Positions 52,411 through 64,000 of a DNA stretch of 64,000 nt are shown one piece after another. The translations under genes and the position numbers were made by a program. Numbering within the stretch: the stretch's first letter is position 1; each line of letters begins with the position of its first letter. The notes below the pieces were generated by a model, which worked only from the letters and a program-made list of their open reading frames with translations, ran no database searches and was not told where the DNA came from. The DNA is taken from the NCBI RefSeq assembly GCF_030028105.1, contig NC_092382.1, forward strand, positions 28,809,792-28,873,791, given 5' to 3'. The stretch is from Mobula birostris. Taxonomy: Eukaryota.

Positions 52411-55400
52411 GAGAGGGCACAGTTTTAAGGTGCTCGGAAGCAGGTACGAAGGAGATGTCAGGGGTGTTGTGTTCTTTGTACGTACCGTGGGTTACTAATA
52501 ACAAACCATATTCTGCAGAATTGATCTTTTATTTAACAGCAGAAAAAAACAAGTTTTACACTGCCATGCTTCTTGATAATTCTTCATTTCTGCGCATGCT
52601 GGGAACTCTGCCCAGTCACGTCCTGACACGTGATATCACCACAAGGGGTGAGTTTTTTACACAGAGTGGTGAGTGCGTGGAATGGGCTGCCAGCGACTGT
52701 AATGAAGCCGGATACAATAGGGTCTTTTAAGAGGCTCATGGATAGGTACATGGTGCGTAGAAAAATAGAGGGCTATGGGGAACTCTAGGTAATTTTTAAA
52801 GTAAGTAATGTCTGGCACAGCATTGTGGGCCGAAGGGCCTGTATTGTATTTGTTGTATAAATGGGGAAGTCACTTACCCATGACCTCTGGTTGTCGTCCC
52901 GCCCAACATCAGTGGAAAAAGCTGCTTGCATTTACCCTATCTATACCCTCATACCTTTTTAAACTTCCAACAAATCATCAAAGCAATGTATAATATCCTT
53001 GTTTATGCTTAGAGCCTTTTTTAGATGTATAAAATGATGAGGGGCATTGATCGTGTGGATAGCCAGAGGTTTTTCCCCAGGGCTGAAATGGCTAACACGA
53101 GGGGCATAGTTTTAAGGTGCTTGGAAATAGGTACCGAGGGGATGTCAGGGGTAAGTTTTTTTTACACAGAGAGTGATGGGTGTGTGGAATGCACTGCCAG
53201 CAGTGGTGGTCGAGGCAGATACAATAGGGTCTTTTAACAGCCTCTTAGGTAGGTACATGGAGCTTAGAAAAATAGAGGTCTATGTGTTAGGGAAATTCTA
53301 GGCAGTTTCTAGAGTAAGTTTCATGGTTGGCACAACATTGTGGGCTGAATGGCCTGGAATATGCTGTAGATTTCTATGTTCTATGTTGAACAGCAAAATA
53401 ACTTTGGCTACCCTACAATGCTCTGATAACTCTCCCATTACTAAGGATGATTTAATTATCTCTGCTAGGGCCCCAACTATTTCTGCACTTGCCTCCCGTA
53501 GGGTCCGAGGGAGCACCTTGTCATGCCCCGGAGATTTATCCACCCTAATCTGCCTCAGGATAGCAAACATCTCCTCTTCTTTAATCTGTATAGGGTCCAC
53601 AATTTTAATGCTGCTTTTCCACACTCTCATTGACACTCTGTCCATCTCCTGAGTAAATGAGATAAAAAAAAATTAAGATCTCACCCATCTGCTTTCGTTC
53701 CACACATGGATTGCCATTCCGGTCTTCCAGAGGACCAACTTTATGCCTTGCAATCCGTTTGTTCTTAATCTATTTCTAGAATCCACGACAATTATCCTTT
53801 ATCTTTTTTACGAGGGCAATCTCATGCTTTCTTTTAGCCATCCTGATTTATTTCTTATGTTTTCTCTTGAATTTCTTATACTCCATAAGAACCTACCTGC
53901 CTATCTCTGTTATGCAACTCCATTTTGTGCTTCACCAGGTTCTCAATATCTCTTGAAAACCAAGAGATACAGTTTCTATCTTTATCTTTTATTCTGACAA
54001 GCACATACCCACTTTGTGCTTACAAAATTTTGCTTTGAAGGCCTCAATTTACCAAGCACACCTTTGCCACAAAGCAGCCTGTCCCAGGCCACAGTTGCCA
54101 GATCCTAGTATCTAAATTCCAGGTGTTGATCCATGCTCTGAACACATCCGCCTTTCCTACGCTGCTCCCTGTATTGAAATATACAGGGCTCAGCATATTC
54201 ACTGCACCATGCTTAACTTTTTCATTCCTGTCTTTGTCTGAGGACTGAACAACAACTGTCTCCACAACGTCTCCAGTATCTGTTCTGTTATTCAGGCTCC
54301 CATTCCCCCTGCAACTTTAGTTTAACCTTCCCCCACCCCCACCTCCCACCATGCAGCTCTATCAGCCCTTTGTGCTTCATCTGCCAGATCAATAAAAAGG
54401 AGGTGCATACCAGGTACAGGCAGATAGGAACAAATGGGGTACGTATGAAGTACAGGAAATTCAAGTGAACACTTATGAAAGACAAAGAAGGCATGAGGTT
54501 GCCCCAACAGACATGGTGAAGGAGAATCCTCATGGATTTTGCAGATATGTTAAGAGCAAAAAGGATTGCAAGGGGGGAAAAAAAAATAATCCTATGCAAG
54601 ATCAGAACAGTAGTTCTGATCTGAGACAAAATAGATGTGGGAGATTTTTTTTTGCATCCGTATTTACACAGGAGATGGTCACAGAGTCTATAGAAGTGAG
54701 GCAAAGCAGCATCAACTTCATGGACCCTGTACAGATTACAGAGGTGGAGGTGTTTGCTGTCTTAAGGCAAATTAGCGTGGATAAATACCCAGGGCCTGAC
54801 AAGTTGTTCCCTGGGACTCTGCGGCAGACAAGTGCAGAAATTGTCGGGGCACAAGGACAGATATTTAAATGATCTTTAGAGACAGGTGAGGTACTGGAGG
54901 ATTGGAGGACAGCCAATGTTGTTCCGCTGTTCAAGAAAGGCTCTAAAAATAAACTAAGAAATTGTACATTGGTGAGCTTGACATCAGTAGTGGGAAAGTT
55001 ATTGGAACGTGTGTGCAGGAACTGGAGATATGCTGTAAGTATTTGGATAGGTGTGGACTGATTAAGGATAGACATCAGGGCTTTGAGCATGGTAGGTCAT
55101 GTCTAACCAATCTTGTAGAGTCTCTCGAGGAAGTTATCAGGCAAGGCAGTGGATGTTATCCACATGGACTTGAGCAAGGCACTGGACAAAGTCTCATATG
55201 GGAGGTTGGTCAAGAAGGTTCAGTCACTCAGCATTCAAGATGAGTTAGTAAATTGGATGAGACACTGTCTTTGGGAGAAGCCAGTGTGTGGTAGCATATG
55301 GTTGCCTCTCTGACCGGAGGCCTGTGACTAGTGGTGTGCCACAGGGATCAGTGCTGGATCTGTTATTGTTTGTCATCTATATCAGTAATCTGGATGATCA

Positions 55401-57457
55401 GCAAATTTGCGGATGACACCAAGATTGGTGGTGTAGTGAACAGTGAGGAAGACTATCATGGCTGCTGTTGCGATCTGGACCAACTGGGAAAATGGTTTGA
55501 GAAATGGAAAATGGAATTTAATGCAGACAAGTGTGAGGTGTTGCACTTTGGTAGGACCTACCAAGAGAGGTCTTTCACTGTGACTGGTAGGGCACTGAGG
55601 AGTTTTGTAGAAGAAAGGGATCTGGGAATACAAGTCTTTAATTCACTGATGTTGGGGGAGTCCAGAACCAGAGGCCACAATTTGAGAATAAGGGGTAGGT
55701 CATTTAGCATGGAGTTGAGGAAAAACTTTTTCAGCCAGAGAGTTGTGGATCTGTGGAATGCAGTGGAGGCCAATTCTCTGAATGCTTTCAAGAAAGAGAG
55801 AGATCTCTTAATGATAGCAGAGTCAAGGGATATGGGGAGAAGGCAGGAACGGGGTACTGATTGTGGATGATCAGCCATGATCACAGTGAATGGCAGTACT
55901 GGCTTGAAGGGCCAAATGGCCTACTCCTGCACCTATTGTCTATTGAAAATGGTGTCATGGATGTGACGGAAAGAAAGACTTTGGCCCATTGGCCTTCATG
56001 AACCAAAGTACTGACAACAATAGATAGACGTTATGTTGACTTGTGGAAGACATTGGTGAGGCCTAATTTGGAGTATTGTGTACAGTTTTGGTCACCTACC
56101 TACATGAAGGTTGTAAAAGAGGTTGAAAGAGTTCAGAGAAAATTCACAAGGATGTTGCCAGGTCTGGAGGACTTGGGTTATTAGGAAAGATTGAACAGGT
56201 CAGGACTTTATTCCTTGGAACATAAAAGATTGAGGGGAGATTTGATGGAGGTATACCACTATTATGAGGGGTATAGATAGGGTAAATGCAAGCTGGCTTT
56301 TACCACTGAGATGGGGTGGAACGACAACCAGAGACCATGGGTTATGGGTAAAAGGTGAAACGTTAAGGGGAACATGAGGGGAAACTTCTTCATACAGACC
56401 GTCATCCGGGTGTGGAATGAGCAGCCAGCACAAGTGGTGCATGCGAGCTCAATTTCAACATTTAAGAGGTTTGTATAGGTACCTGGATGGTAGGGGTATG
56501 GGAGTGGGCAGATTAAATAGTTCAGCACAAACCAGATGGTCCAAAGGGCCTGTTTCTGTGTTGTAATTTTCTGTGACTGTGACAAGAACCTGGAATAATA
56601 CAAAAATTCACTCTAAGTTCTTTTAACAGCTGTGCAGACCAACCATTCATCTCAGCAGGAATTTTTTATATAGCGTTAAAACTGTGGCACTTTTAAGTTA
56701 ATAATACATAAAAGAAAATCCCAGATGCATGACAAGAAAGACAACTTGCCTGATACTCTTTCAGTTACTGTGGGGCCAGGCATCCATGCTGCTCAGCAAT
56801 GGAGAGAGTCAAACTGAGCCAAGGAGCAAATCGGAGACGGCAGAAATGCCCCATTCTGATAGAGACAGGAAGAGCATCAAGGAATTGATGGTCATTCCAG
56901 ATACCAGCACTGTGCCCAGTTAGAAGATGATTTCTCTCTCCAACTTGGGTTGAACCTCACTGTAACAGTGTGATGCCAGATCAAACCTTGAAAACTCAAG
57001 TAATCTCATCTGAAATGTTGTCCTAACCCAGTGATGGATTTTGTAAATCTTTTTACAGGTTAAAAACGAGATGGAATTTAGCTCCTAGGATCTCAAACAC
57101 AGTTTTGCTGTCTCTGTCCAGATGTTTGAGAAGTGGAGCAAGGGATTCAATCGACCACCCTTCCAGCTCAGACTCTGGGGAGGGATTCACTTGGTCATCT
57201 GACTGACTGGCATGCCCGTCATTTTACACAGGGGAAAGGCCATTCACCTGCTCAGACAGTGGGAGTGGATTCAGTCGGTTATCTCAATTGAAGGTACATC
57301 AGCAAGTTCACACTGGACAAGGCCATTCATCTGATCTGTGTGTGAGAAGGGATTCAGTCGGTCATCCCACCTGTGGACAAACCAGGCAATTCACACTGGG
57401 CAGAGGCTGGTCATCTGCTGAATTTGTGGGGAAGGATTCACTCGGTCATCTGACCTA

Positions 57458-58678
57458 ATGGCTCACCAGCGGGTTCACACTGGGGAGAAGCCGTTCACCT
57501 GCTCAGTCTGTGGGAAGAGTTTCACTAATTCATCCACCCTACAGGGACATCAGCGAGTTCACACTGGGGAGAAGCCATTCACCTGCTTAGTCTGTGGGAA
57601 GAGATTCACTCAGTCATCCAACCTACAGAGTCATCAGCGAGTTCACACTGGGGAGAAGCCGTTCACCTGCTCAGAATGTGGGAAGGGATTTACTCAGTCA
57701 TCCAACCTTCAGAGTCATCAGCGAGTTCACACTGGGGAGAAGCCGTTTACCTGCTCAGAATGTGGGAAGGGATTCACTAAGTTATGCAGCCTACAGATTC
57801 ATCAGCGAGTTCACACTGGGGAGAAGCCGTTCACCTGCTCGGTCTGTGGGAAGGGATTCACTAATTCATCTTCCCTACAGAGTCATGAGCGAGTTCACAC
57901 TGGGGAGAAGCCATTCACCTGCTCAGAATGTGGGAAGAGATTCACTCAGTCATCCCACCTACAGAGTCATCAGCGAGTTCACACTGGGGAGAAGCCATTC
58001 ACCTGCTTAGAATGTGGGAAAGGATTCACTCAGTCATCCAGACTGCTGGTACACCAGTCAGTTCACAGTGGGGAGTGGCCGTTCACCTGCTCAGACTGTG
58101 GGAAGGGATTCACTTGCTCATCTAAGCTAATGGCTCACCAGCGAGTTCACACTGGAGAGATGCTGTTCACCTGCTCAGTCTCTGAGAAGAGATTCACTGA
58201 GTCATCCAACCTAGTGGCACACCAGCAAGGTCACACTGGGGAGAAGCCGTTCACCTGCTCAGTCTGTGGGAAGAGATTCACTCAGTCGTCCCCCCTGCAG
58301 AGCCATGAGCGAGTTCACACTGGGGAGAGGCCGTTCACCTGCTCAATCTGTGGGAAGAGATTCACTCACCCATCCACCCTACAGAATCATCAGCGAGTTC
58401 ACACTGGGGAGAAGCCATTCACCTGCATAGTCTGTGGAAAAAGATTCACCCAATCATCCACCCTACAGAAACATCAGCGAGTTCACACTGGGGAGAAGCC
58501 GTTCACCTGCTCAGTCTGTGGGAAGAGATTCACTCAGTCATCTAACCTACAGAGTCATCAGCGAGTTCACACTGGGGAGAAGCCATTCACCAGCTCAGAA
58601 TGTGGGAAAGGATTCGCTCAGTCATCCCACCTACTGGCACACCAGTCAGTTCACAATGGGGAGTGGCCATTGTTATGA
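57458..58678 (+). CDS. Tandem C2H2 zinc-finger protein (ZF-D), 12 intact plus 2 degenerate fingers; paralog of ZF-A
   Basis: 406-aa ORF with TGEKPF linkers and the same HNGEWPLL* end as ZF-A. Acceptor AG 57057-57058, with upstream in-frame stops before the first ATG. Confidence 0.9.
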   Translation: MAHQRVHTGEKPFTCSVCGKSFTNSSTLQGHQRVHTGEKPFTCLVCGKRFTQSSNLQSHQRVHTGEKPFTCSECGKGFTQSSNLQSHQRVHTGEKPFTCSECGKGFTKLCSLQIHQRVHTGEKPFTCSVCGKGFTNSSSLQSHERVHTGEKPFTCSECGKRFTQSSHLQSHQRVHTGEKPFTCLECGKGFTQSSRLLVHQSVHSGEWPFTCSDCGKGFTCSSKLMAHQRVHTGEMLFTCSVSEKRFTESSNLVAHQQGHTGEKPFTCSVCGKRFTQSSPLQSHERVHTGERPFTCSICGKRFTHPSTLQNHQRVHTGEKPFTCIVCGKRFTQSSTLQKHQRVHTGEKPFTCSVCGKRFTQSSNLQSHQRVHTGEKPFTSSECGKGFAQSSHLLAHQSVHNGEWPLL

Positions 58679-59478
58679 ATCCCCAGATTTCGTTTGCTGT
58701 GGACTGTCATTTTGAGAGAGAGAGGGAGATTAAGAATGGAAATCAGTCTGACTTGCATCTTGTTTGCATCGCTCACAGCTTGTTTAGTTTTAACCAAGAA
58801 CACAGATACTCAGTCAGACGGAGATGAAGGAGGAAAAATGGAAGGTTCAAAACAAGGGAACCAGTGGCCAAGGGTCACTGTTTCGAACTTTCCTCTGCCC
58901 ACAAAGGTGGGTTAATTATCAATTCAGCGAACATTCGATGTGTGGTTGTCACCTCATTTGATCCATAGGAGTGGATCGGATTTGGGGTATCCTGTGAAGA
59001 CCACTTATGTGTTAACCCTTGCCTGGGTGTGGTGTGGAAATTCACTTGAAGGCGATATCCCTTGTGACAAGTCACTTTTGGTGATAATTTGTATGTGGAT
59101 TTGGAACAACGACGGATGAAATCTACAGCGACTGTTCTCTCGTTTTACCACCATGGATGCTGTGGAATTCAACGTTATTGCCTTCTCTCGACATTTACCC
59201 TGGATTACAAATATCTCTCTCTCCTCAACTATTCTGTGGTTGAACTGAACTTTCATAGTTCACCATCTCAAGACTCCAAGCCTGGTTTCCCCTGAGCTCA
59301 ATAGTTTGGGAGTTATATTTACCCACATATATACACATAACACTGTTAACTTTTGTTTATCTTGCTTAAGTTACTATATTGTTAGTAAGTACTAATAAAG
59401 ATAGTGGACTTAACATCAAAAACAGACTCTAGGTGTAGTCTATTGCTGCTGACTCATTTCTAAAGTGTTACGGGGACA
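58671..59478 (+). repeat. 5' LTR of the Gmr1-like element (copy 2)
   Basis: Starts TGTTATGAA, ends ...GACA, AATAAA at 59394. Aligns along its length with 12270-13072. Confidence 0.85.
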
Positions 59479-62095
59479 AAATTGGGGCCTGCATCCGATA
59501 TAGGAAAAGATTTGGAGGCGTATTGATCAGTTATCGGTTTCATTGGAGAAATCCCTTTTGATTTATTTGTGTATGGAAAATCAGCAGCAATGGATGTTGA
59601 TAGATGTCTGGAAGCACCAACCTCTAAGGCACTGAAGGATACCAGAAGGATTGAGTTGTTGAGTATTGCTAAGTGGTTAAAACTTGCTAAGGTGAAATTG
59701 ACAATGAGGAGGTCACAGATGCAGAGGATAATAGCTGAACATTATGTATCTGAGGGTGTGTTTAAAGTGGAGGATTTGGAGGTGTTTCCTGAAAGTAAAC
59801 CTAGTAAGCTTGGCCTCCTGTACAAGTTAGAAAAATTCAAGATGGAGGCTGTGGAAAGGCAGAGGCAGGTTGAGGCTAGAGAGGCAGGAAAACAGAGAGA
59901 AGAGGCAGAAAAACAGGGAGGAAGCAGAAAGACAGTGGCTGTTCAAGCTGGAAAAGATAGAGAGATTGCAGCAAAGGGGTCTAGCGTTAGACTCTGGTGA
60001 TAAGTTTGAGGCCAGTCGGGAAGTTAAATTGGTACCTCCATTTGACGAGGCAGAGGTTGATAAATACTTTCAGCATTTTGAGAAGGTTGCTCAGGGTTCA
60101 AAATGGCCAAAAGAGGGTTGGCCTATTCTCTTACAAAGTGTAATTAAGGGGAAGGCTCAGCAAGCCTATTCTGCTTTGACAGTTGATGAAGCAGCTGATT
60201 ATGAGATGGTCAAACAGGCTGTGCTCAAAGCTTACGAGTTGGTCCCAGAAGCATACAGGCAAAAGTTTAGAAGTTTGAGGAAATCTGTGAACCGGACTTA
60301 TATGGAATTTGCTTATGAGAAGTTTGTGTGTTTTGACCGCTGGTGCACATATAAAAATGTAAATGATGATTTTAACAGCTTGAAAGAGTTGGTTTTAATT
60401 GAAGAATTCAAAATGTGCGTCCCTGATGACATAAAGATGTAATTAAATGAAAAGGATGCTGCCACTTTGCAGGAGTCTGCTAGATTAGCAGATAAGTTTG
60501 CTTTAACTCATAAGGTTAAGTTCACCCAGAATAAGAGCTTCCAAAAGAGTAGCAGGGATAACCAGGGTAAACCAGAAATTAAAGCTGGGACTAGTGACGA
60601 GACTAAGGATGAAGGGAAGCAGTTGAAGGAGAAATATTCCGGTCTCTCTTGTTACTATTGTGAGAAAGCTGGTCATATGGTGGCTAATTGTCCTGTCCTG
60701 AAGAAGAAAAAGGAAAAGGAGGCAGTCCCACATGCCTGTGATCAGTATGTTGAAGCACCTATAAACCCACAGGGTTCTGAACATTCTGCTGAGGCTCAGT
60801 TAAGGACTGAGAGGTCTGACTGAGTTAAGAAGGGATTCGATCATTTTATGTCAAATGGGTTTGTATTAGTAATGGAAGGGTCAACCCCGCTACCAGTGAA
60901 AATTCTTCGAGATACTGGGGCTTCTCAGTCACTTATATTAGTTCGGTGATGAGACTGACACTGGTGAGGTAAATCTTATTAAAGGCATTGGGGGCAGCAT
61001 TGTTTCTGTTCCATTGCACAAGGTAACTTTACAGTCAGGGTTGGTTTCGGGACCTGTTAGGATTGGATTATGCTCCAGTTTACCAGTGGAAGGTGTTACT
61101 TTGCTGTTAGGGAATGACCTGGCAGATGGTAAAGTTGTTCCTGCAGTGCAGTTGACAACTAAGCCAACCACTGACGACCCACAGATGGATTTTAACATTT
61201 ATCGCAATAACTCGAAGTATGGCTAAAAAGTCTGCCAATGCAGACAGTTCTGTGCAGCATGATTCTGATACCCATGATAGCCAAAATTGGGATTCGGGTT
61301 ATGATGACTTGTCAGGGACCTTTCAGCCTTCATTGTTTCAACAGGATTCAGGTAGTAAGTCTGATGAGAAAGATTTATCCCTGTCTAGGAAGGAGTTTAC
61401 AGAAGAACAGAACTGAGACCCTGAGATTGAAGCTTTATAAGAAACATCTTTCTCAGATGATGAGATTAAGAAAATGACAGTAGGGTATTATCTCAAGGAT
61501 GGAGTGTTAATGAGGAAGTGGAGGCCACCTGCTATACCTGCGAGTGAGGAATGGGCAATTGTTCCTAAAGTTTATAGGACTGAAATTTTAACTTCGGCCC
61601 ACAGTATGCCCGTAGGTGGCCATTTTGGCATGAATAAAACTCTAAACAGGATTATGAAAGAATTTTACTGGCCGAATTTGAGGAAGGATATTGTGACCTT
61701 TTGCAGAACCTGTCACAGTTGTCAAGTTGTGGGTAAACCTAATCAGGTCACCCTAGTGGCCCCACTCCGGCCTATACCTGCATTCGGTGAACCCTTTTTC
61801 AAATTTTATTAAAGCTAAATATTAAAGCAATATTAAAGCTAAAACTGTGGCAAAGGCTCCTAACAAGTTTTTTAACTTTATTTGGTTTGCCTAAAGAAAT
61901 CCAGTCTGACCAAGGAAGTAATTTTACATCTGGATTATTCCAGCAGGTAGTTTATGAACTGGGAGCTAAACAAATTACATCGTCTACGTACCATCCGGAA
62001 TCACAAGAGGCTTTAGAAAGATTTCATTCTACCCTCAAAACAATGATTAAGACGTACTGTGTTGAAAATGGACAAGACTGGGATGAAGGAATACA

Positions 62096-62173
62096 ACAGG
62101 AATTCTGCAGATGCTGGAAATTCAAGTAACACACATCAACGTTGCTGGTGAACGCAGCAGGCGAGGCAGCATC
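62096..62173. mobile_element. 78-bp Penelope-terminus-like insertion in the Gmr1 integrase
   Basis: Flanked by the 12-bp direct repeat TGAAGGAATACA (62084-62095 and 62174-62185). Sequence CTGCAGATGCTGG...GCAGCATC matches the PLE-end repeats elsewhere in the window. Confidence 0.75.
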
Positions 62174-62205
62174 TGAAGGAATACATTTGCTTTTGTTCAC
62201 CGTAA

Positions 62206-62681
62206 AGGCTGATTTATACTTGTGCGTTCGGGATACGCCATATCCTACACCGTAGGCCCGATTTAATTTTTGCGTAGCCCTACGCCATAGCGAGCATGCG
62301 TAGTTGTGTCTGCATCGCTCTGCACTTCACCAGCAAAATGCAAGTTGGTGGTGGGGTTTCTCTGACACTGTTGAGCTTCTTCGTGAGAGACATGGACAAG
62401 GAAATGCATTTCAAATATTTTCAGATGTTGGCAGGTAGATTGGACGATTTGGTTCATTGTCTCCAAGCATTTATTTCGCATCAGTGTACAGACATGGCGG
62501 AGAAAAGCAACCAGAAATGTGTAGGAGGAAATGCGATGCTACCAAGCGGACCAATCACAGTGGTTGCGGTCTGCGTCACCGCGACGCGTGAGTTACTTTT
62601 TTGAGGAGATGCCTGTCACCCTACGGCGTAGGGTACAGCGAGGGTACGGCGTACACTTGATGCATTAGTATAAATCAGGCT
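62206..62681. mobile_element. Non-autonomous PIF/Harbinger DNA transposon nested in the Gmr1 integrase
   Basis: 15-bp TIRs AGGCTGATTTATACT / AGTATAAATCAGGCT (14/15) and TAA TSD on both sides. Removing it restores integrase FTVKESVQESLGFCPFELVFG. Internal MHFKYFQM...LDDLV resembles a Harbinger transposase N-terminus. Confidence 0.85.
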
Positions 62682-64000
62682 TAAAAGAGTCGGTACAGGA
62701 GTCACTGGGCTTTTGTCCATTTGAACTTGTATTTGGTCATAGAGTGAGGGGACCTTTGACCTTGTTAAAGGAACAGTGGATTGATGGGGAGGTATATGTT
62801 AACTTGTTAGACTATGTTTTGAATTTCAAAAATAAACTACACCAAGCCTGTAGTCTAGCCAGACGAATCTTAAAGATTTCTCAAAACAAAATGAAGTGTT
62901 GGTTTGATAAGCGGACTAAAACAAAAGAAAATACTAGGTGGGGGATAATGTGCTTGCCTTATCTCCAATGTTGATGGATCCACTTCAAGCGAAATTCAAT
63001 GGACCGTATGAAATAGTCTCGCAAATTAATGATGTGAATTATGTTATTAAAACACACGACCGACGTAAGCTAACACAGGTGGTACACATCAATATGATAA
63101 AGCCTTATTCTGACAAGCAGGCACCATCGGTGAGTGTTGTCAAACATATCAATCTGGCAACCCTGAGAATGAAACAATTGACTTGTCTGAGACTTTACAC
63201 AAGCCAAACATGGTCCCAGTTAGGCTAATGAACACTGTTGTTCTCGAAAACATTGACAACAAGTTGGCTCATCTGCAGCCAAAGCAACAACAACAGCTGA
63301 AGGAATTAATTCTGAAGTTTAAAGATTTATTTCCCGATGTTCCCAAGCAAACCACGGTCGCAGTACATGACATAGATATTGGTCAAGCCAAACCTATTAA
63401 ACAACACCCATATTGCATGAATGTAGAAAGGTGTAAATTGGCTGAGCAGGAAATTGAATATATGCTGGAAAATAGTATTATTAGGCCTTCAACATCAGAT
63501 TGGAGCTCACCCTGCGTTATTGTGCCCAAACCTGATGGTAGTGTTAGATTTTGCACTGATTATAGGAAGGTAAATGCAGTAATAAAAACAGATGCCTATC
63601 CTATCCCTAGGGTGGATGATTGCATCAATAAGATTGGAAAAGGTAATTTCTTACAAAGATTGATCTGTTGAAAGGGTATTGGTGTGTTCCATTGACGGAC
63701 TGAGGTAGAGAAATTTCTGCATTTGTGACACCTTCTGGGTTGTATAAATACAATGTTTCGCCATTTGAAATGAAATATGCTCCAGGAACATTCCAGAGAA
63801 TGACTGCTCCTGTAATTCAAGAGTTAGGACACACAGATGCCTATATTGATGACTTCGTCACAGGGAGTGACACTTGGGAAGAGCATATCTCTGTAGTAGA
63901 AAAGCTGTTTGACAGGCTTTCCAGGGCCAACCTTACAGCTGACTCAGCTAAGAGTGAATTTGGCCATGCCACTGTGATCTGTCTTGGCTGTGTTGTAGGT

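Larger units (their letters stand above)
50480..59900 (+). repeat. Segmental duplication of ~3720-13490 (ZF-A unit = ZF-D unit)
   Basis: Collinear promoter, intronic CR1 mosaic with identical junctions, acceptor, ZF exon, LTR and gag start. Confidence 0.9.
58671..64000 (+). mobile_element. Gmr1-like Gypsy/Ty3 LTR retrotransposon, decayed, running off the window end
   Basis: 5' LTR 58671-59478 and tRNA-Pro-like PBS ~59482-59500. gag 59590-60823 (LVPPFDE..YFQHFEKVA..ELVPEAYRQKFR; knuckle CYYCEKAGHMVANC). Protease ILRDTGASQS ~60900. Integrase HHCC, QSDQGSNF, YHPESQ..ERFH and GPY (61480-63120) lie BEFORE RT (PIKQHPY, WSSP, RFCTDYRKVN, YIDD 63842-63853). Stops and frameshifts present. Confidence 0.9.

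Overview
Vertebrate genomic DNA. The repeat repertoire (CR1, Rex1/Babar, Penelope, R4/Dong-like) suggests a cartilaginous fish; this is inference. The window is part of a tandem C2H2 zinc-finger (ZF) gene cluster built by direct and inverted segmental duplication. It holds three long ZF ORFs (11225-12277 +, 20743-22188 -, 57458-58678 +), a ZF pseudogene (46700-47304 -) and an older ZF relic (~49.6-49.8 kb). No KRAB or SCAN domain is visible. Several paralogous CpG-rich promoters are arranged head-to-head. Most remaining sequence is decayed transposable elements. Main points: (1) A Gmr1-like Gypsy element (gag-PR-IN-RT order, SCAN-like capsid) is inserted inside the ZF array of two paralogous genes, and its LTR supplies their stop codon and an AATAAA. 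(2) A second, unrelated solo-LTR-like insertion sits in a zinc finger of another gene. (3) A 5.7-kb satellite has a monomer that appears derived from the RT core of a Rex1/Babar LINE fused to (GT)n. (4) A 27-28-bp GC-rich minisatellite has expanded inside a bidirectional promoter. (5) There is a class I ERV with env, and Penelope relics carrying decayed hammerhead-ribozyme motifs. All calls are by eye with no database searches, so TE boundaries are approximate.
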